This document shows, piece by piece, positions 33,464 to 41,978 of a stretch of DNA of 64,000 bases. Made by a program: the position numbers and the translations under genes. Position 1 is the stretch's first letter; every line of letters starts with the position of its first letter. The stretch is from Planctomycetota bacterium (lineage in GTDB: Bacteria > Planctomycetota > UBA1135 > UBA2386). The notes beneath the pieces were generated by a model. It made no database searches. It was not told the DNA's origin and saw only the letters and a program-made list of their open reading frames with translations. Where the stretch lies: the NCBI GenBank assembly GCA_046290465.1, contig JBKAGP010000001.1:4160001-4224000 (forward strand), written 5' to 3'.

Positions 33464-34330
33464 GTGAGAAGCTTCGTAGGTGATCTCGCGGATCGCATTC
33501 TCGGTGGCCAGGCACCGATCGTCATCGGACTCGACCCGCGCCTCTCGGCGTTCCCCGAACGTCTGCTCCCCGGCGCCGCGCCGGCGGCCCGCATCGTTGC
33601 GTTCTACCGTGAGGCGCTGCCCGTCATCGCCCGACACGCGCCGGCGGTGAAGCCCAACATCGCGTTCTTCGAGGCCTACGGTTCCGACGGCTACCGCGCC
33701 TACGAGGAGGTCTGCAAGCTCGCCCACGAGAACCAGCTGCTGATCGTCGGTGACGTCAAGCGCGGCGACATCGGCAGCACCGCCGAGGCATACGCCGAGG
33801 GCCACTTCCGCATCGCCGACTCGCTGACGCTGCACCCCTACCTCGGCAGCGACTCGGTGGCGCCGTTCCTCAAGTGGTGTCCCCGGGACGGCGGCGGCCG
33901 CGGCGTGTTCGTGCTGGTCCGCACGAGCAACCCCGGCGCCAAGGACCTCCAGGATCTGCGAATCGGTGACGAACCCCTCTGCGACAAGGTCGCGCGAGCG
34001 GTGAACGACTGGGGCGCCACGCTCGAGCAGGAGCACGGCTACCACGCGGTCGGTGCGGTGGTCGGCGCGACCTGGCCCGAAGAACTCGCCCGCCTGCGCC
34101 AACTCCTTCCCAATTCGTGGCTTCTGCTCCCGGGCGTCGGAGCCCAGAGGGGCAGGGTCGAGGACCTCGCGGCGGCGTTCGACGACCGCGGCCTCGGCGC
34201 CCTGGTCAACCAGAGCCGCGGCGTGATGCAGTGCTTCTCCCCGGCGAACGATGACTGGCTCGATCGTATCGAGCAGGCCTGCGCCACCTTCGCGGCCGAC
34301 TGCCGCGCCGTCGCCGTCCCCAACAGCTGA
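33464..34330 (+). CDS. pyrF: Orotidine-5'-phosphate decarboxylase
   Basis: IGLDP, KPNIAFFE, DVKRGDIGST, RTSNPG, GAVVGAT, PGVGAQ, NQSR. Confidence 0.93.
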   Translation: MRSFVGDLADRILGGQAPIVIGLDPRLSAFPERLLPGAAPAARIVAFYREALPVIARHAPAVKPNIAFFEAYGSDGYRAYEEVCKLAHENQLLIVGDVKRGDIGSTAEAYAEGHFRIADSLTLHPYLGSDSVAPFLKWCPRDGGGRGVFVLVRTSNPGAKDLQDLRIGDEPLCDKVARAVNDWGATLEQEHGYHAVGAVVGATWPEELARLRQLLPNSWLLLPGVGAQRGRVEDLAAAFDDRGLGALVNQSRGVMQCFSPANDDWLDRIEQACATFAADCRAVAVPNS

Positions 34331-34339
34331 GCCCCGCCC

Positions 34340-35911
34340 TTGCCTCCCCAAGTGACCTCGACCCTGCGCCACATCTCGTTCCGCCACCTCGGCACCTCGG
34401 AGGTCCACCAGCGCTTCCTCGAGGACGACCGCGACCTCGGCAACTTCCTCGGCATGCGGGCGCGCAACGTGGCCGAGCTGTTGAAGCGCGCGCCGACCGG
34501 GGCCGGGCGGGTGGTCCCGCGCGAACAGCTGGTCGCGTCGCTGCGCGCCTACGCCGAACGTCACGACGCGCCGCCCGAGGTCCTGGCCAACGTCGAGGCG
34601 CTGCTCGACCCGGAGACGCACGTGATCGTCACCGGCCAGCAGCCCGGTCTGCTCGGTGGCCCGCTGTTCTGTCTGCACAAGGCCGCTACCGCGATCCGGC
34701 TGTGCCGCGAGATCGAGGCGCAGGGCGGGCCGCGCTGCGTGCCGCTGTTCTGGAACCACAGCGACGACCACGATCTCGAGGAAGGCAACCGCGCGTTCCT
34801 GGTCAACCAGAACCAGGAGGTCCAGCGCTTCCGCCTCGACCTCACCCGACACAACGAGTCGCTGCGCAGGATCCACGTCGGTCGCGACGTCGAGCGCCTG
34901 GTCGAGGAGATCACGCCGCTGCTGCCGGAGACCGAGTTCCACCAGGGCGTCGTCGACACGATCACGCCCAAGCACCCGGACGACACGCTCGGCGACCTGC
35001 AGGCGCGCATGATGTTCGAGGTGTTCGGCCGCCACGGACTGATCGTGATCGAACCGCGCGACCTGCCCGACAGCGCGTTCGCGCCGCTCGAGCGCTGGTG
35101 GACCCGGTCCGAGGAGATCCGCGAGAAGGTCAAGCAGACCTGCGACGACCTGCACGACCTCGGCGTCGACATCACGCTCGACCCCGGCGCGACGATGATG
35201 TTCGCGATGAACGGCGACCGCCGCGAACCGCTGGCCGACGGCGAGGAGTTCGGCGAGCGCGGCAACCTGTCGCCGGGCGTGCTGCTCCGGCCGCTGTGGC
35301 AAGACGCGTGCCTGCCGACGATCGGCTTCGTGGTCGGCCCGGGCGAACTCAGCTACCTCGCCGCGGTCGCGCCGCTCTACCGCCTGCTCGGCGTGCCGCA
35401 GCCGGTGTTCGTGCCGCGCTCGTCGCTGACCTTGGTCGAACCGTCGATGCAGCGGCTGCTGCAGCGATTCGAGCTGGACCTGACCGACCTCGGCGAGACC
35501 CCCGAGCGGCTCGCCGAGAAGCTGCTGCAGAACGACGAGGAAGGCGGCGGCGACATCGAGGACCAGCTCGACGACGTCAAGCATCGCCTGCGCACCGAGC
35601 TCGAGAGCGTCGAGAAGAAGCTCAAGGCGCTCGACGCGTCGATGATGGGGGCGCTCGACCGCGCGCGCACCAAGTCGATCGAGGAGCTCGACCGCCTACA
35701 GAACAAGGTGCGCAACGCGCGGCAGAACCGCGAGGGCACCGGCATCAAGCAGCTGCGGCGGCTGTGCAACTCGCTGCGGCCGCGGGCGCGCATCCAGGAG
35801 CGCGTCTACGGGCCGGTGACCTACCTCAACGCCTACGGGCCGCGGCTGGCCGACGAGCTGATCACGGCGGCGGATCCGTTCCGGATCGAGCACGGGGTGC
35901 TCGAGCTGTGA
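34340..35911 (+). CDS. bshC: Bacillithiol cysteine-adding enzyme
   Basis: IVTGQQPGLLGGPL, PLFW...DHDLEE, SPGVLLRPLWQD, GPGELSY, coiled coil, QER. Confidence 0.88.
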   Translation: MPPQVTSTLRHISFRHLGTSEVHQRFLEDDRDLGNFLGMRARNVAELLKRAPTGAGRVVPREQLVASLRAYAERHDAPPEVLANVEALLDPETHVIVTGQQPGLLGGPLFCLHKAATAIRLCREIEAQGGPRCVPLFWNHSDDHDLEEGNRAFLVNQNQEVQRFRLDLTRHNESLRRIHVGRDVERLVEEITPLLPETEFHQGVVDTITPKHPDDTLGDLQARMMFEVFGRHGLIVIEPRDLPDSAFAPLERWWTRSEEIREKVKQTCDDLHDLGVDITLDPGATMMFAMNGDRREPLADGEEFGERGNLSPGVLLRPLWQDACLPTIGFVVGPGELSYLAAVAPLYRLLGVPQPVFVPRSSLTLVEPSMQRLLQRFELDLTDLGETPERLAEKLLQNDEEGGGDIEDQLDDVKHRLRTELESVEKKLKALDASMMGALDRARTKSIEELDRLQNKVRNARQNREGTGIKQLRRLCNSLRPRARIQERVYGPVTYLNAYGPRLADELITAADPFRIEHGVLEL

Positions 35912-36636
35912 GTCGGTTCGATGCGTCGGCGCTGCCGCAGTGCGACGTGCTCGCGTTCGGGCCGCACCCGGACGACGTCGAGATCGGCTGCGGCGGCACG
36001 CTGCTGCTGATGAAGCAGGCCGGCATGAAGGTCGCGATCGTCGACTGCACGCGCGGCGAGATGGGCTCGCGCGGCACCGCCGCCGACCGCGACGCCGAGG
36101 CCGCGGCCGCGGCCAAGGCGCTCGGCCTCGACGCGCGCGGCAACCTCGGCCTGAAGGACACCGGCATCCGCGACGACGACGCGTCGACCGACCTGGTGGT
36201 CGCGGCGATGCGCGCGGTGCGGCCGAAGGTCGTGTTCGCTCCGCACGAGCGCGACGTGCACCCCGACCACACCAACGCCGCCAAGCTCGTCGGCCGCGCG
36301 CACTTCCTCGCCGGCCTGCGCAACTACCGCCCGGAGCTCGGAGCGGCGCACCGCGCGCAGACCTTGTTGCGCTACCCCGGCAACCAGCTGGTCGAACCGA
36401 CATTCGTGGTCGACATCTCGTCGGTCGCCGACCAGAAGGTCGACGTCGTGCGCTGTTACGCCTCGCAGATCGCCCCCGACGAGAAGGGCCACCTGGTGCA
36501 GGGGCTCGACTTGTTCGACCGCACGGTCGTTCGGCAGCGCGCGATGGGGGCGATGGTCGCCGCAGTCGCCGGCGAGGGCTTCTGCCACGACGGGCCCATC
36601 AAGGTGTCGGACCTCGGCTGGCTGATCGGCGGCTAA
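35908..36636 (+). CDS. bshB1: Bacillithiol deacetylase (PIG-L/LmbE family)
   Basis: HPDDVEIGCGG, TRGEMGSRG, HPDH, FLAGL, VVDIS, YASQ; GTGA overlap with bshC. Confidence 0.88.
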   Translation: MSRFDASALPQCDVLAFGPHPDDVEIGCGGTLLLMKQAGMKVAIVDCTRGEMGSRGTAADRDAEAAAAAKALGLDARGNLGLKDTGIRDDDASTDLVVAAMRAVRPKVVFAPHERDVHPDHTNAAKLVGRAHFLAGLRNYRPELGAAHRAQTLLRYPGNQLVEPTFVVDISSVADQKVDVVRCYASQIAPDEKGHLVQGLDLFDRTVVRQRAMGAMVAAVAGEGFCHDGPIKVSDLGWLIGG

Positions 36637-36669
36637 ACGAACGGCCAACCAGCGGCATACGCTCGAACC

Positions 36670-37182
36670 ATGCTACGGAAGGCAGCGGTGGTCGTGCTAT
36701 TCGGATCGTGCACCGTGCTCCAAACCGCGGATCCCACGGCGCCCGTCGCGCTCGCGACCGTCCCCCAGATCGCCTCGCTGGAGCTCGCCGATTCGCTGAT
36801 CGCTTCGGGCGACGCCGACGCGCGGGCCCGCGGCTACGCGATGCGCTCGCTGCTGCACGTCGACGGCTCCGACCACCTGTTCCGCATGTCGGGGTCCATG
36901 GCCACGTCTGAATGGTGGCCGCTGCTGCCGTTCGGGCTCGTCTACGACACGCTCTGCATGCCGGCGCAGTGGTGGCACCATCTGCGCGTGACCGACATCC
37001 ATCGCGCCCGGGCCTCGCGGGACGTCGACGAGGCCCGCAGGCTCGGCGCGCGGTGCGACGAGCACGGCAACCTCCGACTGTTCGACCGCACCTTCGTGCC
37101 GATCGCAAGACGACCTACTACGTTCCGGCCGACGCCGGCCGACGCATCCGGTAGCGCGGCAGCGACACCCCACCCCGCGTGA
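36670..37182 (+). CDS. Hypothetical protein, possible lipoprotein
   Basis: N-terminal MLRKAAVVVLFGS-C and a hydrophobic segment; 3' end overlaps the convergent GNAT gene by 65 nt. Confidence 0.5.
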   Translation: MLRKAAVVVLFGSCTVLQTADPTAPVALATVPQIASLELADSLIASGDADARARGYAMRSLLHVDGSDHLFRMSGSMATSEWWPLLPFGLVYDTLCMPAQWWHHLRVTDIHRARASRDVDEARRLGARCDEHGNLRLFDRTFVPIARRPTTFRPTPADASGSAAATPHPA

Positions 37183-37591
37183 CCACCTCGCGCTCGACGA
37201 CCACATACCCCTGCCGCTCGAAGAACGGCCGCGCCACCTCGCTCGCCTCGGTGTAGAGCCCCGTCACCCCCAGCTCGCGCAGCGCCGCCACCACCTCGTC
37301 GTGCAGCCGCGTCGCGACGCCGCGCCGCGCGTGGTCGGGGGACGTGTAGAGGAAGTCGACGTGGCCGTCGGATTCGAAGCCGACGAAGCCGAGCAGGTCG
37401 CCCTGGTCCTCGGCGAGCAGCACGGTCATCGTGGAGAACCGCGCGCGGAACCGTTCGTGGTCCGGCTCGGCCGGTGCCCAGGCTTCGCGCTGCTCCGGGT
37501 CGTAGTGCGGCGCGCCGAGCGCGTGCACCGAACGGGTGAACAACTCGGTGACCCGCTGCAGATCGGCTTCGACGTATCGGCGCACGCGCAT
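37118..37591 (-). CDS. GNAT N-acetyltransferase
   Basis: LYTSPDHARRGVATRL acetyl-CoA motif; TEASEVARPFFERQGY. Confidence 0.88.
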   Translation of the reverse strand: MRVRRYVEADLQRVTELFTRSVHALGAPHYDPEQREAWAPAEPDHERFRARFSTMTVLLAEDQGDLLGFVGFESDGHVDFLYTSPDHARRGVATRLHDEVVAALRELGVTGLYTEASEVARPFFERQGYVVVEREVVTRGGVSLPRYRMRRPASAGT

Positions 37592-37709
37592 GGGCCCGGT
37601 CTACCCGTTCTGCGGTCGCAAAGGGGCTCGAAGATGCCTGATGACACCGGATTCACGCTCGCACCGGCACGCGTTGTCCGCCAACATGCGGGGACCAGGG
37701 AGGCTCCTC

Positions 37710-38579
37710 ATGAAGCGCATCGCGGTCATCAATCAGAAAGGTGGCGTCGGCAAGACGACCACGACGGTCAATCTCGGCGCCGCGCTCGCGCACCACGGTC
37801 GGAAGACGCTACTGCTCGATCTCGACCCGCAGGCGAACATGACGGTGCACGTCGACAAGCGCCCCGACCTCGAGAGCGACACGCTCACCAACCTGCTGAT
37901 CGACGACACGCCGCTCAACGAACTGATCCAGTCGACCTCGCTCGAGAACCTGTTCGTGGTGCCGAGCGACACGTCGCTGGCGGGGGTCGAGCAGGTGCTG
38001 GCCAACCGCATCGGCCGGGAGACGATCCTGCGCCAGGCGCTGGCCAACGCCAAGGCCGACGACCGCTTCGACTTCGTGCTGTTCGACTGCCCGCCGTCGC
38101 TAGGCGTGCTGAGCGCCAACGCGCTGGTCGCGGCCGACTACGTCGTGATCCCGATGCAGGCCGAGTACCTGTCGCTGCAGGGCATGGCCAAGCTGCTCGA
38201 GGTCATCGATCTGGTGCAGAAGCAGCTCAACCCCAACCTGCAGATCGCCTGCGTGCTGCCGTGCATGCTCGACTCGCGCACCAACCTGAGTGCCGAGGTG
38301 CTGCACGAGATCGAGGCGCACTTCGGCAAGCTGCTGACCGAGACGCGCATCCGCAACAACGTCAAGCTGGCCGAGGCGCCGAGCTTCGGGCGAACGATCT
38401 TCGAGCACGCGCCCGACAGCAACGGTGCCAAGGACTATGCCGCGTTCGGCCTCGAGTTCCTGGCGATGATCGGCGAGGCCGCTGCGCCGGTCGCCGAGGA
38501 GGACGTCAGCGAGGACCCGGAGCTGGTCGAGCGTCCGGGCGAGCCGCCGGCGACCGCCGAGGCCGAAGCGGACGCCTGA
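37710..38579 (+). CDS. parA: ParA/Soj family ATPase
   Basis: NQKGGVGKTTT, DLDPQAN, DCPPSLG, RNNVKLAEAPSFG. Confidence 0.92.
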   Translation: MKRIAVINQKGGVGKTTTTVNLGAALAHHGRKTLLLDLDPQANMTVHVDKRPDLESDTLTNLLIDDTPLNELIQSTSLENLFVVPSDTSLAGVEQVLANRIGRETILRQALANAKADDRFDFVLFDCPPSLGVLSANALVAADYVVIPMQAEYLSLQGMAKLLEVIDLVQKQLNPNLQIACVLPCMLDSRTNLSAEVLHEIEAHFGKLLTETRIRNNVKLAEAPSFGRTIFEHAPDSNGAKDYAAFGLEFLAMIGEAAAPVAEEDVSEDPELVERPGEPPATAEAEADA

Positions 38580-38649
38580 GGGTCGGGCCGCGCGATTTCG
38601 CGACGGCGACTCATCCTGGGGCCGGGGAACGGTCGATAGCGCCGATGCC

Positions 38650-39258
38650 ATGGCGCACGACGATCCCGACCTCGAGAAGCTGACTGCGATGCTCCAGCAG
38701 TGCCTGGGCCGCATCGACGAAGAGGCCTACCGCCTGCAGGATGCGGCGGCGGACACCTTCGACTTCGGCGAGGTCGACCGCCTGGACGAGGTCACGGCGG
38801 ACCTGCAGCAGCTGATCGACTCGCTGCTGGTCGTCGACATGGGCGACGACGAGGCCGACGTCAACCAGGTCGTCGAGCGGGTCGCCGACGCGTGCCTGCA
38901 GCGCATCGAGGTGCCGATCGTGCAGCGGCTGGAGCTGTGCCCGGAGGCCGCGCGGGTCGCCGTGCCAACGGCGCTGGTCACGGTCGCGGTGCAGCGCGCG
39001 ATGGACCTGGCGACCGATCCGCTGGGGCCCGGTGACGAGATCCACCTGATCACGCGGGTCGAGCACGACGCGGTGGTGTTCGAGGTCGAGAGCCACGGCA
39101 GCCACCCGATCGAGGCCGCCGACGAACGCGCCGAGACGCTGCGCGACTTCGTCGCGGGGTTCGGCGGCGGCTGCACCGTGCGCAGCGAGCGCGAGGACCT
39201 GTTCCTGGTGCTCGAACTGCCACAAGTGATGGCGACCGACCGGAGCGATCGGGCCTGA
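38650..39258 (+). CDS. Acidic hypothetical protein with degenerate HATPase-like layout
   Basis: Helical N-terminus, then DVNQVVE...EIHLITRVEHDAVVFEVE...FVAGFGG.CTVRSE...LELP; no DxGxG. Confidence 0.6.
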   Translation: MAHDDPDLEKLTAMLQQCLGRIDEEAYRLQDAAADTFDFGEVDRLDEVTADLQQLIDSLLVVDMGDDEADVNQVVERVADACLQRIEVPIVQRLELCPEAARVAVPTALVTVAVQRAMDLATDPLGPGDEIHLITRVEHDAVVFEVESHGSHPIEAADERAETLRDFVAGFGGGCTVRSEREDLFLVLELPQVMATDRSDRA

Positions 39259-39277
39259 TTGTCGTAGGATCCGCACC

Positions 39278-40381
39278 ATGCGGATCGGCATCGTCTGTTA
39301 CCCCACGGTCGGCGGCAGTGGCGTCGTCGCGACCGAGATGGCCATGGCGCTGGCAGCGCGCGGCCACGAGGCGCACCTGCTCAGCTACGACCGACCCGGA
39401 CGGCTGCGCGGCGGCATCCCGGGTCTGCGCTTCCACGAGGTCGCGGTGTCGGCGTATCCGCTGTTCCGCTACCCGCCGTACGACCTGGCGCTCGCGACCC
39501 GCATGCTGGAGGTGCGCGAGGAGGCCGGCGTCGACCTGTTCCACGTGCACTACGCGATCCCGCACGCGGTCAGCGCGTTCCTGGCGCGCAGCATGTGCGG
39601 CGGCGACCTCAAGTTCGTGACGACGCTGCACGGCACCGACATCACCGTCGTCGGCAGCGACCGCAGCTACCTGCGGCCGACCCGCTTCGCGCTCGAGCAG
39701 TCCGACGCGATCACGTCGGTCAGTCAGTATCTCGCCGACGAGACCCACTTGATGTTCGGTGTCAAAAGAGACGTCGACGTGGTGCACAACTTCGTCGACA
39801 CCGAGCGCTTCAAGCCGCGCGACCACAAGCCGTGGCACCAGCGCGAGGACGAGGAGCGGATCCTGGTGCACGCGTCCAACTTTCGGCCCGTCAAGAGAGT
39901 GGCGGACGTGGTGCGCGCGTTCGCCGAGATCAACAAGCAGATCCCGGCGCGCCTGCTGCTGCTCGGCGACGGCCCCGACCGCGAACACGCGCTCGCGGTC
40001 GCGACCGACCTCGGCTGCAGCAACCGCGTCGAGCACCTCGGCATGCGCGGCGACCTCGAAGAACTGCTGCCGCAGGCGGACCTTTTCTTGTCGGCCTCGC
40101 AGACCGAGAGCTTCGGCCTGTCGATGCTCGAGGCGATGAGCTGCGGCGTGCCGTGCGTCAGCAGCGACGTCGGCGGCGTCGCCGAGGTCGTGGGTGACAC
40201 CGGCCGGCTGGTGCCGCTGAGCGATCCCGAGGCGATGGCGCGCGCGGCCGTCGCCGTGCTGACGGATGCGAAGACCTACGACGCGCTGGCAACGGGCGCC
40301 CGAGCGCGCGCGATCGAGAACTTCACGACCGATCGCATCGTCGCGCAGTACGAAGGCATCTACGAGCGTGTGCTGAGTTGA
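39278..40381 (+). CDS. bshA: GlcNAc-malate synthase (GT4)
   Basis: MRIGIVCYPTVGGSGVVATE, YPLF.YPPY.LAL, HVHYAIPHA, TTLHGTDITVVG, SNFRPVKR, ESFGL. Confidence 0.95.
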   Translation: MRIGIVCYPTVGGSGVVATEMAMALAARGHEAHLLSYDRPGRLRGGIPGLRFHEVAVSAYPLFRYPPYDLALATRMLEVREEAGVDLFHVHYAIPHAVSAFLARSMCGGDLKFVTTLHGTDITVVGSDRSYLRPTRFALEQSDAITSVSQYLADETHLMFGVKRDVDVVHNFVDTERFKPRDHKPWHQREDEERILVHASNFRPVKRVADVVRAFAEINKQIPARLLLLGDGPDREHALAVATDLGCSNRVEHLGMRGDLEELLPQADLFLSASQTESFGLSMLEAMSCGVPCVSSDVGGVAEVVGDTGRLVPLSDPEAMARAAVAVLTDAKTYDALATGARARAIENFTTDRIVAQYEGIYERVLS

Positions 40382-41502
40382 GCGGCGACGACCGAGGTCC
40401 CTGGTTCTGCGACGCCAACGCCGGCGCTCCGGTGCTGCCCGAGGTGCTCGACGAGTTCTGCGCGGTCGAGCGCCGCTGCCCCGCCAACCCGGCGAGCGCG
40501 CACACGGCCGGCCGACGCGCGCGCGGCGAACTCGAGCAGGCGCGCGAACGGATCGCCGCAGCGCTGCGGGTTACGTCCAACGACGTACTGTTCACGAGCG
40601 GCGGTACCGAGGCTGCCAACCTGGCGGTGCGCGGCCTCGGCGATGCCACGCTGCCGGTGCTGCTCGGCGACCTCGAGCACCCGGCCGTGCGCGAGGCGGC
40701 GGCGCAGCGCGGCGCCCTCTCGTGGCAGGTCGACGCAAGTGGCGCGGTGATCGTCACCGAGCCCGACCGGCCGATCGGCCTGGTCGCACTGGTGCACGCG
40801 CAGAGCGAGGTCGGCACCTTGCAACCGGTGATCCAGGCTGCCGAGATCGCGCGTACCCGTGCTGTCCCGTTGTTGGTCGACGCAGCGCAATCGCTCGGAC
40901 GCGTCGCGCTCGACGACGTGTTCGCTGCGGGCGCCGTGACGGCGCTGTCGCCGCACAAGGCCGGTGGCCTGCGTGGACACGGCGTGCTCGCCGGGAGCGG
41001 ACTACACGGCCTGCTGCGACCGCTGATGCACGGCGGTGGTCAGGAGCTCGGCTTGCGACCCGGTACGCAGAGCCCGGCACTCGCGGCGGCCAACGCACTC
41101 GCGATCGAACTCGCGGTGCGGACGTGCGCGACGCGCGCGGCCACGATGCGCGACAACCGCGCGGCGTTTCTTGACGCGTTGCGTACCACCGGCTGCGAAC
41201 ACCGCATCTTGACGCCGCTCGAGCACAGCATCGCGAACACCGCGATGGTGTGCTTCGTCGACGTCGACGGCAGGAACCTGCTGCCGGCGCTCGACCTCGC
41301 CGGCGTGCAGGCCTCGCACGGCTCCGCGTGTTCTTCGGGTTCGCCGACGCCGCCTCGCATCTTGACTTCGATGGCGATCGAAGAGTCGCTCGCGCGCGCG
41401 TGCGTGCGCTTCAGTTTCGACTGGTTCGAACGAGGCGAAGCATGCGCGCAGGTCGGGCGCGTGGTCGGTGACGTGGTCCTACGCTTGCGCAAAAAAAAGT
41501 AG
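40378..41502 (+). CDS. Cysteine desulfurase (IscS/NifS group)
   Basis: NPAS.H, FTSGGTEA, DAAQ, SPHKAGG (PLP Lys), GGGQE...RPGT, SHGSACSSG (catalytic Cys). Confidence 0.88.
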   Translation: MSGDDRGPWFCDANAGAPVLPEVLDEFCAVERRCPANPASAHTAGRRARGELEQARERIAAALRVTSNDVLFTSGGTEAANLAVRGLGDATLPVLLGDLEHPAVREAAAQRGALSWQVDASGAVIVTEPDRPIGLVALVHAQSEVGTLQPVIQAAEIARTRAVPLLVDAAQSLGRVALDDVFAAGAVTALSPHKAGGLRGHGVLAGSGLHGLLRPLMHGGGQELGLRPGTQSPALAAANALAIELAVRTCATRAATMRDNRAAFLDALRTTGCEHRILTPLEHSIANTAMVCFVDVDGRNLLPALDLAGVQASHGSACSSGSPTPPRILTSMAIEESLARACVRFSFDWFERGEACAQVGRVVGDVVLRLRKKK

Positions 41503-41978
41503 CCGCACACGACGCTGCGACGCGCACCTCGGTGGAAGCATCCAAGTCGTTGTTCTTCCCCCGTAGGACGTTCAGAACTCATCAAGACAGTGTGGGGAAC
41601 GACCCACGCGCGGCGCCGCAAACTTGGCCGTGCAGTCTTGCAACACCCGTTGAGGTCGTTAGAAACGGACCCGTCAGTCGCGAGCGGTTCGCGACGGCTT
41701 GCCTGGCCGTCCTGATCGTTCGTGCGCGTTCCCGAAGCGGCTTGCCTGGCTGCATCTGTGACGCGTTCGTCAGCCCTCTCGTCTCAACAACCAAGGAACA
41801 CTCCCCACGCTCGACCGGCAAGCCCAGGTGCTCGGTCAGCAGTTGTGAAGGACATCCGACAACCCAACCCGCCACCGGTCTGTACGCAGCCAAGCCAGAC
41901 TGCAGCCGACGCGCCTGCCTAGCGCCCGCCAGATCGTTACCCGCAACCACCGACACCAGAAGCCCCGACCCGACACCC

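Noticed and set aside
41491..41498. A8 homopolymer as a phase-variation tract
   Set aside because: It lies in the last codons of the desulfurase, so slippage would only alter the extreme C-terminus.
41532..41978. 149-aa N-terminal extension of DnaA in the ORF track
   Set aside because: Atypical codon usage and no DnaA similarity; more likely promoter/origin DNA.
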